From positions 20,011,803 to 20,074,868 of the forward strand of contig NC_069006.1 of the NCBI RefSeq assembly GCF_001194135.2: DNA of 63,066 nt. The letters run 5' to 3'. A program made the translations under genes and the position numbers. Under the pieces are notes generated by a model. It ran no database searches. It saw nothing but the letters and a program-made list of their open reading frames with translations, and was not told where the DNA came from. Shown here piece after piece: positions 39,324 through 51,800 of the stretch. Numbering within the stretch: the stretch's first letter is position 1; every line of letters starts with the position of its first letter. The stretch is from Octopus bimaculoides (lineage: Eukaryota).

Positions 39324-39517
39324 CTTTCTCCCGAAGACGAATATAGCTGGGAATGGAATTTATGAGTAAATATTTTGTTATGGGTGAAAACATATTTCAG
39401 CGTTTCAAATCTTGTTGAAATAAAAAGTCTTTCTGCTCTAAAGAGAAAGACAAATATTTCAATTAGTCGATTCCTACTAGCTAATATATATGATAAAAAT
39501 CTAATGTTGGAGAGCAT
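39324..39517 (-). pseudogene. Candidate first exon of the minus-strand relic (MLSNIRF...SSSGER; the alternative frame MFSPITKYLL...REK is also open)
   Basis: ATG at 39517, 65-aa open frame, donor AAG|GTAATT at 39323. Frame is ambiguous. Confidence 0.35.
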
Positions 39518-39599
39518 TCCTGGCTGGCTTCACTGTCTTAATCTCTGCATTGTAGCAAATCTTTCTTCCATAACATAATCCTCCTTGTTTCCTGACCTT

Positions 39600-41275
39600 T
39601 ACTTTTTCATGAATTTATCTGTGTTGACTAACTCGTGTGCTTAACTGTGAGAAGCTTCTTACACTTGTCATTTTTCTCTTAGTTGTTTTTTTTTTCTTGT
39701 AAAAAATTTCTGGCCTTGTGCCTGTGTGAGAATTGAAATGATTATTATTTTCATTTATGAGTAATAATAATCCTATGGTAAGTAAAATATGACAAAGATA
39801 ATATGCTTTAGTACTGACAAAAATTATTATCAACAATAATCGTAACAGAAATAATATGCTTAGTACTTACAAATTGTTATCAATAATAATCGCTATAGAA
39901 ACAATGTGCTTAGTACTTACAAATTATTATCCATCTATTACTCTTGTGATTTTTAATCCGACTCTCGTTATAGTTTATAATTGAACTAGGAATTGGCTTT
40001 CACTGGAATGTCTCTAAGAAGCGTTTCAATCATCAAACATTCTTTCCTATCATCTGTAGTTGTTAATTATAGTTAAAATGTGGACAATTGTTTAATATTT
40101 CATGCATTAATTTGAATGGAGCTAGAAATATTCTTTATAATAATCACAGCTCAGATCATTTTCATAACATCTTATAATAAAACGTTGATCTGTATTCTGT
40201 TATTGAACTGACTTTGGTTCATGATATAATACAGAGAACATATAACAGAATCTTTTTCATATTATTAAACATCTCTCTCCTTATTTAGTTGCAAAACTGC
40301 TAAATTTCAGGGTTGTTTTAGTTAAGACAAACTTGATATCAGTAACACACTTTTAGCATACTTTATGACCAAAACTTATTAATTTTGCAAAGTCACAACA
40401 CCATTGCTCCAGTTCAGAAAGAAATCTAGCTCAGAGCTTTTCTCTTTAATTGGAGATGTTTTATCTTTGTGGAACATTAATATTTCTGTCTTACAGTCTG
40501 CATTTGCTGATGTTTATGGCAATGTGTTGCTCCTATTGATCTGATCATATAAACTGATTTTAGTAATCTCTAGTGTATTATACATACCGTATAGAATATA
40601 TTATTCATATGAATTTAATATATAATAAATAGAATTGATCAGTAAAGATTTTAATTACTGATTTAAACGTTTCTTTAATAATCACATATAAATCTTTTCA
40701 GCTCTGTTTTTGCTTTTTATTTTTATATGTTAAAAGCAAGAATTATTTGCTGAACTTACAAGAAGTTGTAGATTCATTAATGTGTAGAATAAAACAGAAT
40801 TAGTCCGTTTGGTAACTTTCTTCTCCATTTTCTTACTTCGTTCCAAAATAAAGCATTAACTTTACAACTTCATTCTCAATAACTTGTAATTTACAGTCCA
40901 TTTAAAAATAGTTGGTTTTTTTTTCTATCATTAGTTCTTTTATCTCATCATTACCATCATCATCATCATCAGAAAATATTTTGAAAATTCACTTTTCAAA
41001 ATATTTATGTACTTAAATGTTGCATGCAAGCTAGTTGACTAATAGCATGTCTTGCTTTGAATTTTTAGAAAATCACTTATACAAGTCCTATCTCCGTTAG
41101 TTCCCCTAGGTACCTCCACAACCAACAGCACCACATATTGAGAACACGCTGCCGCAACACTTGAGGAATTATACACAGTCCTCTCCATCCATCTCTCTAC
41201 TGTGCAGGCTTAATTCATCTTAAACAGCTGCTGTTTATATGGCTTAGATTAATTTTAAACTCGCTCCTAATCATA
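39600..41275. promoter_or_regulatory. Putative divergent promoter region and 5' UTR between the minus-strand relic and the PUS3 locus
   Basis: Lies between two oppositely oriented 5' ends, lacks recognisable SINEs and retains CpG. Candidate acceptors at 41068 and 41207 imply an upstream non-coding exon. No TSS data. Confidence 0.35.
39797..39931. repeat. About 50-bp tandem repeat, roughly 2.6 copies
   Basis: ATAATATGCTTAGTACTTACAAATTGTTATCAATAATAATCG recurs at 39797, 39851 and 39901. Confidence 0.8.
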
Positions 41276-41588
41276 ATGATAGCTGAAAAGGTGCCATGTG
41301 TTGGTCTACGCACATTCCTATACGGCTTGCCAGACTTCCGACGAGAAAATATGCTCCGTAAAGGCCGAGAGGTCCACAGAATCTATGTTGAAGTGCATAA
41401 AGGAACCACTTTCCTCGAAGATCAATTTACTCTGACAGAATTCGGAAGAACAGTCTTAGAAAGCGGAGGCATAAAGGCTGGCCGTGCAAAGAATGTGGAG
41501 CAGATAGTCGTCGCTCGAGAAACTCTGTATTGCAGTGGCTCTGCAACATGTCGACGAGTGTGTGGAGGATATTCAGAATGTACTCCAG
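41276..41588 (+). CDS. First coding exon of the N-terminal extension (MIAEKVPCVG...YCSGSATCRRVCGGYSECTP)
   Basis: ATG at 41276 with an in-frame TGA upstream at 41162-41164. CpG-rich codons. Donor CAG|GTAAGA at 41589, phase 1, matching the exon at 49376. Confidence 0.72.
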
Positions 41589-42809
41589 GTAAGAATTTTT
41601 TTTCTATATTCTTTCAAAATCCTTTAAATAAAATCTTAAATTGAAACAATATTACTATTTGTACAAATGTTGAACTTCAAGTTTTGCTGGTTGTTTACAT
41701 GATGGGGTTTTAGCTCTTTTATACACCTGTTTTATATTTTGGTTGCTATGTTACCAAGTTGACATTTTCTCTGGAAAATTTTTTCGGAAGTTTAGGTATG
41801 GGTGTGTGGTAAGAAGCTTGCTTCCAAACTGCATGGTTCCAGGTTCAGACTCACTGCAAGGCACCTTGGGCAAGTGTGTCTTCTACTATAGACTCAAGCT
41901 GACAAAAGCCTTATGAGTGGATTTAGTAGGTAGAAACTGAAAGACTCTTTTGCCAGACTGCTGTTACAGGGACGTAAAACACACCAACATTAGTTGTCAA
42001 GCAGTGGTTGGAGGATAAACACAGACACAAACACCCCCTCACACATACACATGGCGGGCTTCTTTCAGTAACCATCTACCAAATTCACTCACAAGGCTTT
42101 AGTAGCAGACACTTGCTCAAAGTGCTGAGCAGTGGGATTGAACCCAGAACCATGTGGTTGGCAAGCAAACTTCTTACCACACGACCACTTCTATGCCTTG
42201 TAGATTATTTACAAAAACAGGTTTAAATTTAGCATTGCTTTACTCATTCACTACCAAATTTCTGTTGAAATACACTGCCTCTGATCCAATTAATTTTGAA
42301 AAATAACAAAGAATTCAGTAAAATATCTTTAAGCCGGTGAATGCTGTGAGCTGGTAGAATCAGTAGCACATGGGAAAAAATGCTTAACAGCATTTTGTCC
42401 ATCTTAATGTTCTGAGTTCAAATTCCTCTCAGGGTTGATGAAATAAGTACCAGTTGAGCACTGGGGTCAGTGTCATTGACCAGCCCCTCCTTCCTCAAAA
42501 TATCAGGCCTTGTGCCTATAGCCGAAAGCGGTTATTAAGGTGATGCATGAACCCTAAATTGACTTGGAATTTTGATGGAAGGTTTTAATTTAAGTCCTTT
42601 TAAAACTGAAAGTTTCTATCATAGAACTAGAAACGGTCTCTGACAGATTGGTATCAAAAAGGTTAAGCATGCTAGACATCTCATACAGTTTACATATGTG
42701 CTTACATACATACATATATGTTTGTATGTATCTAATGCATGTATATATATATATATATATGTACTATGTGTGTGTGCATATATATGTGTGTATATATATA
42801 TATGTATGT

Positions 42810-42850
<41 letters not shown>

Positions 42851-45800
42851 TTGTTGTAGGATATCTTACTGGCAATCAAGTATATAGATAACACGAGGTT
42901 GGAGTTAAACCTAAGCTTAATTTATAATGTCTCTTTTGTTTAGTCGTTTGATATTCCACAGTTGTTGTCTAGAAATCCTGTCTGAGGTTATCTCTAATCT
43001 CTACCACACACAACAACTTTTGTGCAATTTTGTCATATTTACGGCTTCATGACCAAAGAAGTGGATGAGGAGTCTCTAAGAATTTTGAAAAATCATATAA
43101 AGAAAGAAAGAAAAAAAAAAATAAATAATTATCAGTTTCTTTTACTCCCAGTGGCAAGAGTATTTGTAGATTGCTGAACATAAAAAGAAGGCTAAGTACT
43201 TTGGATACTATCTCCTCTCAGAACAATTCCTCTCATTTCTTCAGTTTTCTCCCTCTAAGTTTTCTATTACCTTTATCTCTATTCTCAATATTTCTTATTG
43301 GCTACCCAGTCTTTCTGCTCTTTCTTTTGAATCCCACCATTACATATTTTAATCTTGAAGTTAATACTCAATACCTTTTAATTGTCAGCTCACCTGAATT
43401 CAGTTAATGTTTCTGATTCATCCCCCATTACACAACATCTTGTTTCATATCTCTTTTGAAAGTTGTCACTGATATTTGACCATCGGCTGGTTCCAGAAAA
43501 AGAACTATTCATTAAAAAACTATTACACTGTGTAACAACGATTTTTGTCCTTGGGTAGCAACTGTTATTTCCTATGTGCTGACCCTAGAAAGTATGAAAA
43601 ATGGTTAATATTTCCTTCAAACTTTGCTTTTGTTATGATATTTATTCAAAGCCCAAAGAATCCCTCTCAACACATGGCTATGATGCTCCCCCACTATTCA
43701 TGCTCGTCATCAGAGATGCACATATTGTCAGCCACTGAGGGACATGGTGAAGTGGTTAAAGTCAACATATGACAAGTAAATTTATGGTATTGAGCAAAAC
43801 ATTTTCTATAGTAGTATTTCAACTTCATCAACTCATCTCTGAATCTGTCTGAAATGTAATGGAAAATCAGTCAGTTTCAAAACATTGATGTCTAGGTCAG
43901 AAAAGCAAAGTTTGAAGGGAATAGCAGTCATTTCCTTTGATTTCTAGATAGAAGCAAATAGGAAATAATACTTACTGATCAAAGACAAATATATATATAT
44001 AAATTTTCTTACACAGTGTTATAATTAATATCTGTAAACAAATTAGCCATCTGCCTACATATCTGTTATGTATCTGATTGGGTGACTTGCCAGACCAATG
44101 CAGCTCTTCCATAAGTCTTCATATTCTCTACTTGATATCCAATGTCTTCTCCAAATTGATTGATAAATGTTCCTTTTGGTCTGCCAATACCTGTATGTCC
44201 ATGCATGGGTTTCCAGAGAAGGAGATTGCTGGATATTTCATCCTTGCTTCTCCAGTAGTATTCTGTATGTGTTCTTCTTTCTCAGATTACCAAGGTGATA
44301 GTAGGAAGACTGCCATATGGTTGCTGTTTTGTAGGCTGTGGCAGACGAGAAAGATTGAAAACTGACTAAAACCCAAACCAGACATTCATGTCTACATATC
44401 CCTCTTCAGCCATGATACATTCAGGGATTCTCGTGACTCCCTGTCACCATCTATTATGCATTTGAATTATGAACCTCAGTCATAGTGAATTGAGCTGATT
44501 AAACAACCATGGATGCTACACCTATGGATGTGTTACTGTTACTCTCATTAAAAAATGGTGTCTCTGTTTCTATTATTGCCTTTGTATTTGATCCTTGTGT
44601 GAATGGTAAAGAAAGAAAAAAAGAGAAAAAAAAACACTCACCCTGGCAGTCAAACATTTTATGTTCAGAGATATCGGTATGAATAGTTGAACATTCATGA
44701 ACTCTGCTGAACAATTTGTCCATCAGTTATGGCTAACATGTGACTCGCTAGATGTGTGTCACTGAAACTGTTTATAAAGTCTGCTGACTGTCAGAAGTAA
44801 TAATGACATGGAGACATAATATTTTATTGTGACGAGAATCTTTATTATACAGTTATTATTATCTCGAGGTTTAAATGGCTGGGTAGTACCTCCTACGGCA
44901 CCTGGGTATATTTTAACATCTATTTCTACTCTCTGTCAATTTAGCATTCCACCCCTACCCCCCACACTCTTTGTTTCTTTTGTAATTGTCTCTCCCTTTA
45001 ATTAAGAACTCTTTATTCCTTTTTGTTTTCTTAATATTAATAATGTTTGTGACCTTTTAAAGTATAGATGTGTTTTCTTCTTTCAGCTGTTAGCTCCCAT
45101 GTCAGCCAAATCTGTTTCTTTTTTACCTGCAGGCGAAAACTGCTGGAGTTTGATAGCAGTCATTAATTTTCTTTGCTAGGTTTTCTTTAAAGAACAGATA
45201 ACATATATTTAGCTTTCTGTATATACATTCGTAGGTACTTGTGGTGGGGGCCTAAATGCCTGTTGTAACAGCAATATTTTTTTTATGATGTGGCATAAAT
45301 TGAATTGTTCTACAGACTATTCAGGTCAGCTTCTCAACTACAAAACTGTGAATCATGCAAGCAAGTAGAGTAATGAGTCTTGTCTAAGAGTACGGTGCAA
45401 TGATTTGAATCTATATTCTAATCATTTTCAAGGGTCAGCATTAATTTCTGATATAGCAATTCTGTTCTTGTTTAAAGTTGTTATCATCACCACCGATTAA
45501 CCCTTTAGCATTTAATCCGGATACATCCAGCCCAAATATTCTACCTGTTTTATCTTGAAACTAACCAGATCCAATCTCTCACACCTACCTTACAATGTCA
45601 TTCTGACAATATGCAGGCACACCTTTGAAATCTTGAAGCTGTGTGATTAATTCAAAATAATGCGAATAAGTAAGGATTACACTTGGCCCTAATCAAAATT
45701 CTGAAGGGTTAAGGTGTGTTTTTCATGCTGGAATAGGTTGGACAGCTTGACAGGATCTGATGAGCTGCAGATTGTGTCAAACTCCAGTGGTCTATTGCAG

Positions 45801-48800
45801 GATTACTCATTTTTGCCAGTGGACTGGAGCGACATGAAATAAAAGTATTGTGCTCAAGAACACAATGTGTCACCCAGTCCAGGAATTGAAACCACAATCT
45901 TACGATCATGACTAAGCTATGCACCTCCACTCTCACTGGATGCCTTTTTATTTTTTCATGCCATCAGCATTTCTATTTTCTTGGTAGACATCTCCAAATT
46001 TTTGAATCGAGATAATACTAGATTAGCCTTGATCAGTAAAGTGTCCACACATGCAGTTCAGGAACTACTTCATCCTTTTACTGTAGAAATTAGATATGTC
46101 CACTGAAAATTTCATTAATCCTTAGCTACAGAAAATAGTTTTATATACCAATCTATCTTTTGTTGAGGAATGTCATGTCTGAAGCTATTTTTGCTGCGAT
46201 ACATCAAAAGTGACTTGCAGAAAAGAACAATTCTATTTGTTGACAGATATCTAACAGACTTCTCCTAAACTGTGAATCAAAATCACACTAGTTTGGCCTC
46301 AATCAGCAAAGTGTCCACTCATGCAGTTCAGAAACGACACAACTATTTTACAGTGGAAATCAGATATATTCACTCACAATTTCATTACTCTTAACTGTAG
46401 AAAGCAGTTTTATATACCAATCCATCTTTTGTTGAGGAATTGTTATGTTTGAAATTTTTTTTGTTGAGATATGTCAAATTTATTGAGGCAACATGACTGG
46501 TGGAAAATAGCAATTTTATTTTTTTGATGGAGGCACAAGTGGCCTAGTGGTTAGGGTAGCGGACTCACTGTTGTAGAATCGCGGTTTCAATTTCCAGACC
46601 GGGCGTTGTGAGTGTTTATTGAGTGAAAAGACCTACAACTCCACAAGGCTCTGGCAGGCTCTGGTGGCAAACCCTGCTGTAGTCTTTCACCACAACTTTC
46701 TCACTTTCTTCCTCTTTCTGTTGTACCTGTATTTCAAAGGGCCGGCCTTGTCACACTCTGTGTCACGCTGAATCTCCCCGAGAACTACGTTAAGGGTACA
46801 CATGTCTGTGGAGTGCTCAACCACTAGCATGTTAATGTTTATTTATTCAATTGTTTTGAATTAATCATACCCTATCGATGATGTGTTTGTTTAGTTTTAG
46901 AATGACATTGCAGGGTAGGCGTAAGAGGCTGAGTCTAGCTAGTTTGAACATAAAACAGCCAGAATATTTGAGCTGGATATGACGGGTTTAAGCACTAATG
47001 GTTTAAGGGATAAACTGTTGGTCAAACTTCTACAACTGCTAGACTGAAAGAAAATGGTGTGACTTTGATCTTTACCTTTGATTGGTTTATTGATGTGTAG
47101 TCATTTTACAGTTGTTTGTTGTTGAAGGACACTAATGAGAAGAAATTACTGATCCTGTTGAATTTTAATCTTGTAAATTTGTATAGAACTGCTTTAGGTG
47201 TGTGAGTGATGCTCTCTCTCACACACACACACTCACACATCCCAGCGGAGGTTGAAATGTGTAGTTTCCATTTGTAATTTGTCCTCTTATATCAAACCCT
47301 CATTTCTAACAAGTAGTAACAATAACACACCTTGAAGCTGTTGCTTCTACTCACTGTTACTTCTTCTTCCTATTTCATTACTTTTACAACATATGTTGGA
47401 CTATGGAGTTCAATCCTCTGCATTTTTTTACACTTTCACAACTTAGAATAACAAAAATACACCAAACATTCATGTATTCGGGACTGTTTTTGTTTCTCTT
47501 TTGCTTTTAACCTTTAGGATTTTCCGCTTCCAACAGCTTCTGGCAGTTCCCTTTTCATCAATCCACCATCTCATTTTATCACCTCATCATTATAAAGTTC
47601 AGTGATGTCTAGCTTTTGTCTTCTGCATATAAAGTTTATTTTTTTATGCATTTAGCAATTACCATTCCCTTTTTCTGTTTTCCTTCTTTCATTCTCAGAA
47701 CTCCAACTCGTTAAGATCATGTTGTTTGCTTCCATCCATCAATTAAACTAGAATATTATGTTGAAAATCTCTAACATTTAACTTAATGCCATATTAGATG
47801 CTATGGTGTCCACCTTGCCTTGTTTATCTCTGTGTTAAGGTCTCTCTCTCTGTCAGCAGCTAATCAGATTAACTACAAAAGGGCCTTGTCTACTACAGCA
47901 GTTAATCTGATTAGTCCAAGACTGAAGTGGAAGACTACTGAAAATGGTGGGTTAAACTAAATTTATGTACTTAATCAGGTTAAACATTTTTCTTTTTTAA
48001 GGAAAAGCTAGTGCTGTTTTGTCAATAATTAAAGTGGAATGAGAGGCGACAGTAGCAGAGTTTTTCTGTTTTTGAAGGGTGATCAGAATGCCTGTGATCC
48101 ATATTGATAAAATTGTTCCTGTCTAAATATGTGTGAATTAAATACAGTTGTTCTTCAAATAATAAATATGTTCTGCTATGATGAAGAGGAGCTGTGTTGG
48201 TCGAGGGCCCATAAGTATAAAATGTTCTAACAGGGAACTTGTAAATATGTCAGCAATCAAGAGTGGCAATTCAAGTAAGAATAGTTGACTTGGAAACGAA
48301 GCATGTGCAATGATATAACTATGAAGATTGAGTTCCTAAAACCAAGGTGCCACATAAAAAGTGTTGGTGTGGGTGCTGGTGCCATTTTGAAAGGATTAGT
48401 GCTGGTGCCACTTAAAAAGCACTGCTGATAGTACTGCATAAAAAGCACCCAGTACACTCTGTGGAGTGGTTGCCATCAGGAAGGGCATCCAGCTGTCGAA
48501 GCCAAGCCAAAACAGACTATGGAACCTGGTGTGGCCCTTGGCCTTACCAGTTCCTGTCAAGCCATCCAACCTATGCTAGCATGGAAAACTGATGCTAGAT
48601 GATGACGATGATGAATTAGTAACTGTAAGGAATAGATGAAGTTTAACTATAAGAACAAGTTTCTTATTCTTGCAATGATTTTTTAGTGTTCAAATTTTAA
48701 CTGATATTATTATAATGGTTCTGGATTTCTGTTATTTAAAAAAAAATTGAATAAAATAATACTTTAAAAATTTCCTAAACTTTTGATTTTATTCATTTAA

Positions 48801-51800
48801 CTATATTCATCATCATCGTCGTCATCATTTTAACATCCGCCTTCCATGCTGGCATGGGTTGGATGGTTTGACAAGAGCTGTTCAATAACCAATAGAGGAC
48901 CTGCAATTGACTAAATCTAACTTCTGTTATTCTCTTTTACCCTTTAGCATATAAACCAGCCACATCCTGCCAAAATATTCTACCTGTTTTACATTCTAAC
49001 TGGCCAGATCTGGCCTTTCACACCTAGCCTACCATTTCATTCTAAAATTAGCAAAGACATTATCCAAATGTTGAAGCTTCAAGATAATGCATGATTAATT
49101 CATAATAACAATATTAATAATTTGACAATAATCTGAAGGCAAAAAGGTTAAGCTTGAATCTTATTTATAATTTCTGTTTTTTTTTTTTTATATATATTTA
49201 GAAAGTATGTTATTAAAAAATATATTTGAAATAATTATTTTGTTCTTGTTTGTCATAATCATAAACTGCTGAAGAAATATAAACCTTTTCTATTGATATT
49301 ACAATCTTATCTTGGTTGCTATTTAGATTTCTTATTTTTCTTTATTTTCTTTTTCTTTTTTTTTTTCTTTTGCAGACTGCTCAAAGACGAAAGTGCGGGG
49401 TCACAAATGCAATTACAGAGTCAAGATGACTATGCGCTTGGGACATGTAAACTCTTGGTTTGTAGAGGTAACCGGTGACCACAGTGGAGCCTTTTTCCGT
49501 TATGAGAACATGCTTCTGCAAAAACCTTCTGCCCGTTCTAGTCAAAAGAAAATGCGAGCCAGCTTAACTAATCCATCATCATTCCCTCTTATTAGCCACC
49601 TCACACCGTCTCAGGAACAGAACTATTTTTTAATGAATGCTACAATTAAATCAGAACCACCTGATACAACCGTGGAAGAATTACCCAGCCCTGTGTTCCA
49701 GTCAAACCCTCTAGAATTTCATAACTCTACCATTGACAAGAAACCTGGTTCACAGGCTGACATGTCGTACACGTGTATGGCAGGCAATACTCAGGTGGTA
49801 CCAGATGAGCCCAGTATGGCAGTTGCTCAATCAAATTATACTGCTGTCATGGAAGAGATGTGGAATGATGCCAATATTGACTCTAATGAAAATGATAATG
49901 ATGACGAGAAGGTATTAATACTCCACCTTTGCATGTGTACAGTGTGTACCGACTATACTTTAGATACAGTTAGTCTTAGTGCCAGATCCTACTGTTTCAA
50001 CCAGTCTTTACCAAGCTCTCTATCTCTACATATTAGTTAGTGTCTGTTCCTTCAATAACTGTGCTGTGGTTTTTCTTTGGTTTTAGTATGCGTTTTACAT
50101 AGTTTGTGTGTGTGTATATGCATGTACTGCACACATTTGCATGGCTAAATTACAAGAATTATTTTCTTTTCCGTTTCTTTTTTTTACTTTGTTAACAAAT
50201 TTATTTAAACTTGCTTTTTTTTTTGTCCTTTTTCTTTTCTTTTTTCTTTCTTTTTTTTTTTTTCTTTTTTTTTTTGAAACTCCAGCTGTGTGAAATCTTG
50301 CTTCTTCATGTTTCAAGTAATCTCTTCTTTTCCATCAGTTTGTCCCTGCAGAATTTTAGTACTACTGAGAATTGTTGCTAAGTAGTAATAATTTTGTAAT
50401 ATATTTCAGGTCAATGATATTTTAACAGGGAAAAGCAGTAACTATTAACACCTATTTATTGATATATATTTATCAAAGACTCGTTTAATGAACTTTTGGT
50501 TCTCTTGACAAAAATTTCAATTATTGTCACCATCTGCTGATATTAATTAAAACTTATATCATCATCATCTTCATTTAACATCGTTTTCTATGCTGACATG
50601 GGTTGGATGGTTTGACTGGGGGCTGGCAAGCCAGTAGGCTGCGTCAGGCTCCAGTCTGGTCTGGCAACGTTTGTACAGCTGGATGCCATTCCTAACGCCA
50701 ACCACTCCAAGAGTGTAGTGGATGCTTTTTATGTGCCACCAGCATGGGAGCCAGTCAGGCAGATATGTATGTGTAAATATCGAAGAATGAGAATGAATTC
50801 TCAACAGCACATTGGTGGATAAAGGTTCTTTATTCATGTATTAAGACTACCATTGGTTTCATGTAAAGGAACACCTCAACAAAGTGAAAGGACAAACATA
50901 AGAAAATAGCACTGAACACAATTGATACAAATTAAATAAATAATTATAGTAACAGCTTGACTTGACTCCAGATGACTCAAAGCTTCATAGGCTCACAGGA
51001 CAAGCCTAACTTGTCAGGTGTCGAGAGAAGACTCTGGATACCTGATGAAATAGGTTCAGCCTATGAGCCTATGAAGCTGTGAGTCATGGAGCTGAGTCAA
51101 ATGGCTATTAATAAACATATATGTGCACACACATGCATGTATGTAAAACAAAATTTAATTATTACTGAGATATAATTTCCATTTACAGTTTTAATTCAGG
51201 TAAACTTTATCAAAATTATTTGAAGTGAATACACTGTAAAGTATTACAAAATGAAGAGAACTCCTCTATGTTACCTTCTGTGATGTTTATATTTCAATGA
51301 ACTTTGGTATGTTTAAAGATTTGTTTCTTAATCATTTCAGAAAGGTGTGATTTTTAAATTAGAAAATTACTATTTTTAAATCTCACAACGAGAGATATTC
51401 AGCAACAGTACTTTGGAGTAAAGATTTTTGCCAACATAACACGGCAGTCCTGGTTTAGGACTAATGTTGCTGTAATTTCACTATCAAACTTTCCCCCTAT
51501 TGTCTAGCCCCAGGTCAGCCCTGATTGAGCACCCTCGTAATTAAAGACATTCCAATCATGGCCATACCATCTTTTTGTATATCAAAAACTATGTTAGCTA
51601 ATGAATCCTTACTTTAAGATAGTGGTGGTTGTTGATTTGGTTCCTGTTCTAAAAGATTGGAGTTATATTAAGAGTGAGCTCCCTTGTCGGTTCATTTTAT
51701 ATTGATGTAGTCCTGGAATGTGTGCTTCTGTCCATATATTTGTGTAAATAATAATTTATTAGCTTTAAGCTTATATGCATTCACCATGTATTGGCTATAG

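Larger units (their letters stand above)
18496..39517 (-). pseudogene. Degenerate multi-exon gene, TOPAZ1-like (testis/ovary PAZ-domain protein) by remembered motif order
   Basis: A series of minus-strand AG..GT-bounded coding-like segments, most with in-frame stops or frameshifts. Peptides parallel human TOPAZ1 as recalled from memory (not searched): KYISIKKEKEELSHIANVLRTYF~[43 protein letters not shown]~GVLGRIGIS..HKLLQWSKGRK; SRCLAANFMA~SRCQIVNVAA; STS*IKTALFKE~VSQYSLLFNK. Confidence 0.6.

Noticed and set aside
39324-39517. Mitochondrial targeting peptide on the minus-strand exon
   Set aside because: R/F/L/S richness is expected in AT-rich frames, the frame is ambiguous and the downstream exons do not resemble a mitochondrial protein.
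46529-46600. tRNA gene
   Set aside because: A and B boxes are present but no cloverleaf forms, and it continues into a repeated body, so it is a SINE head.
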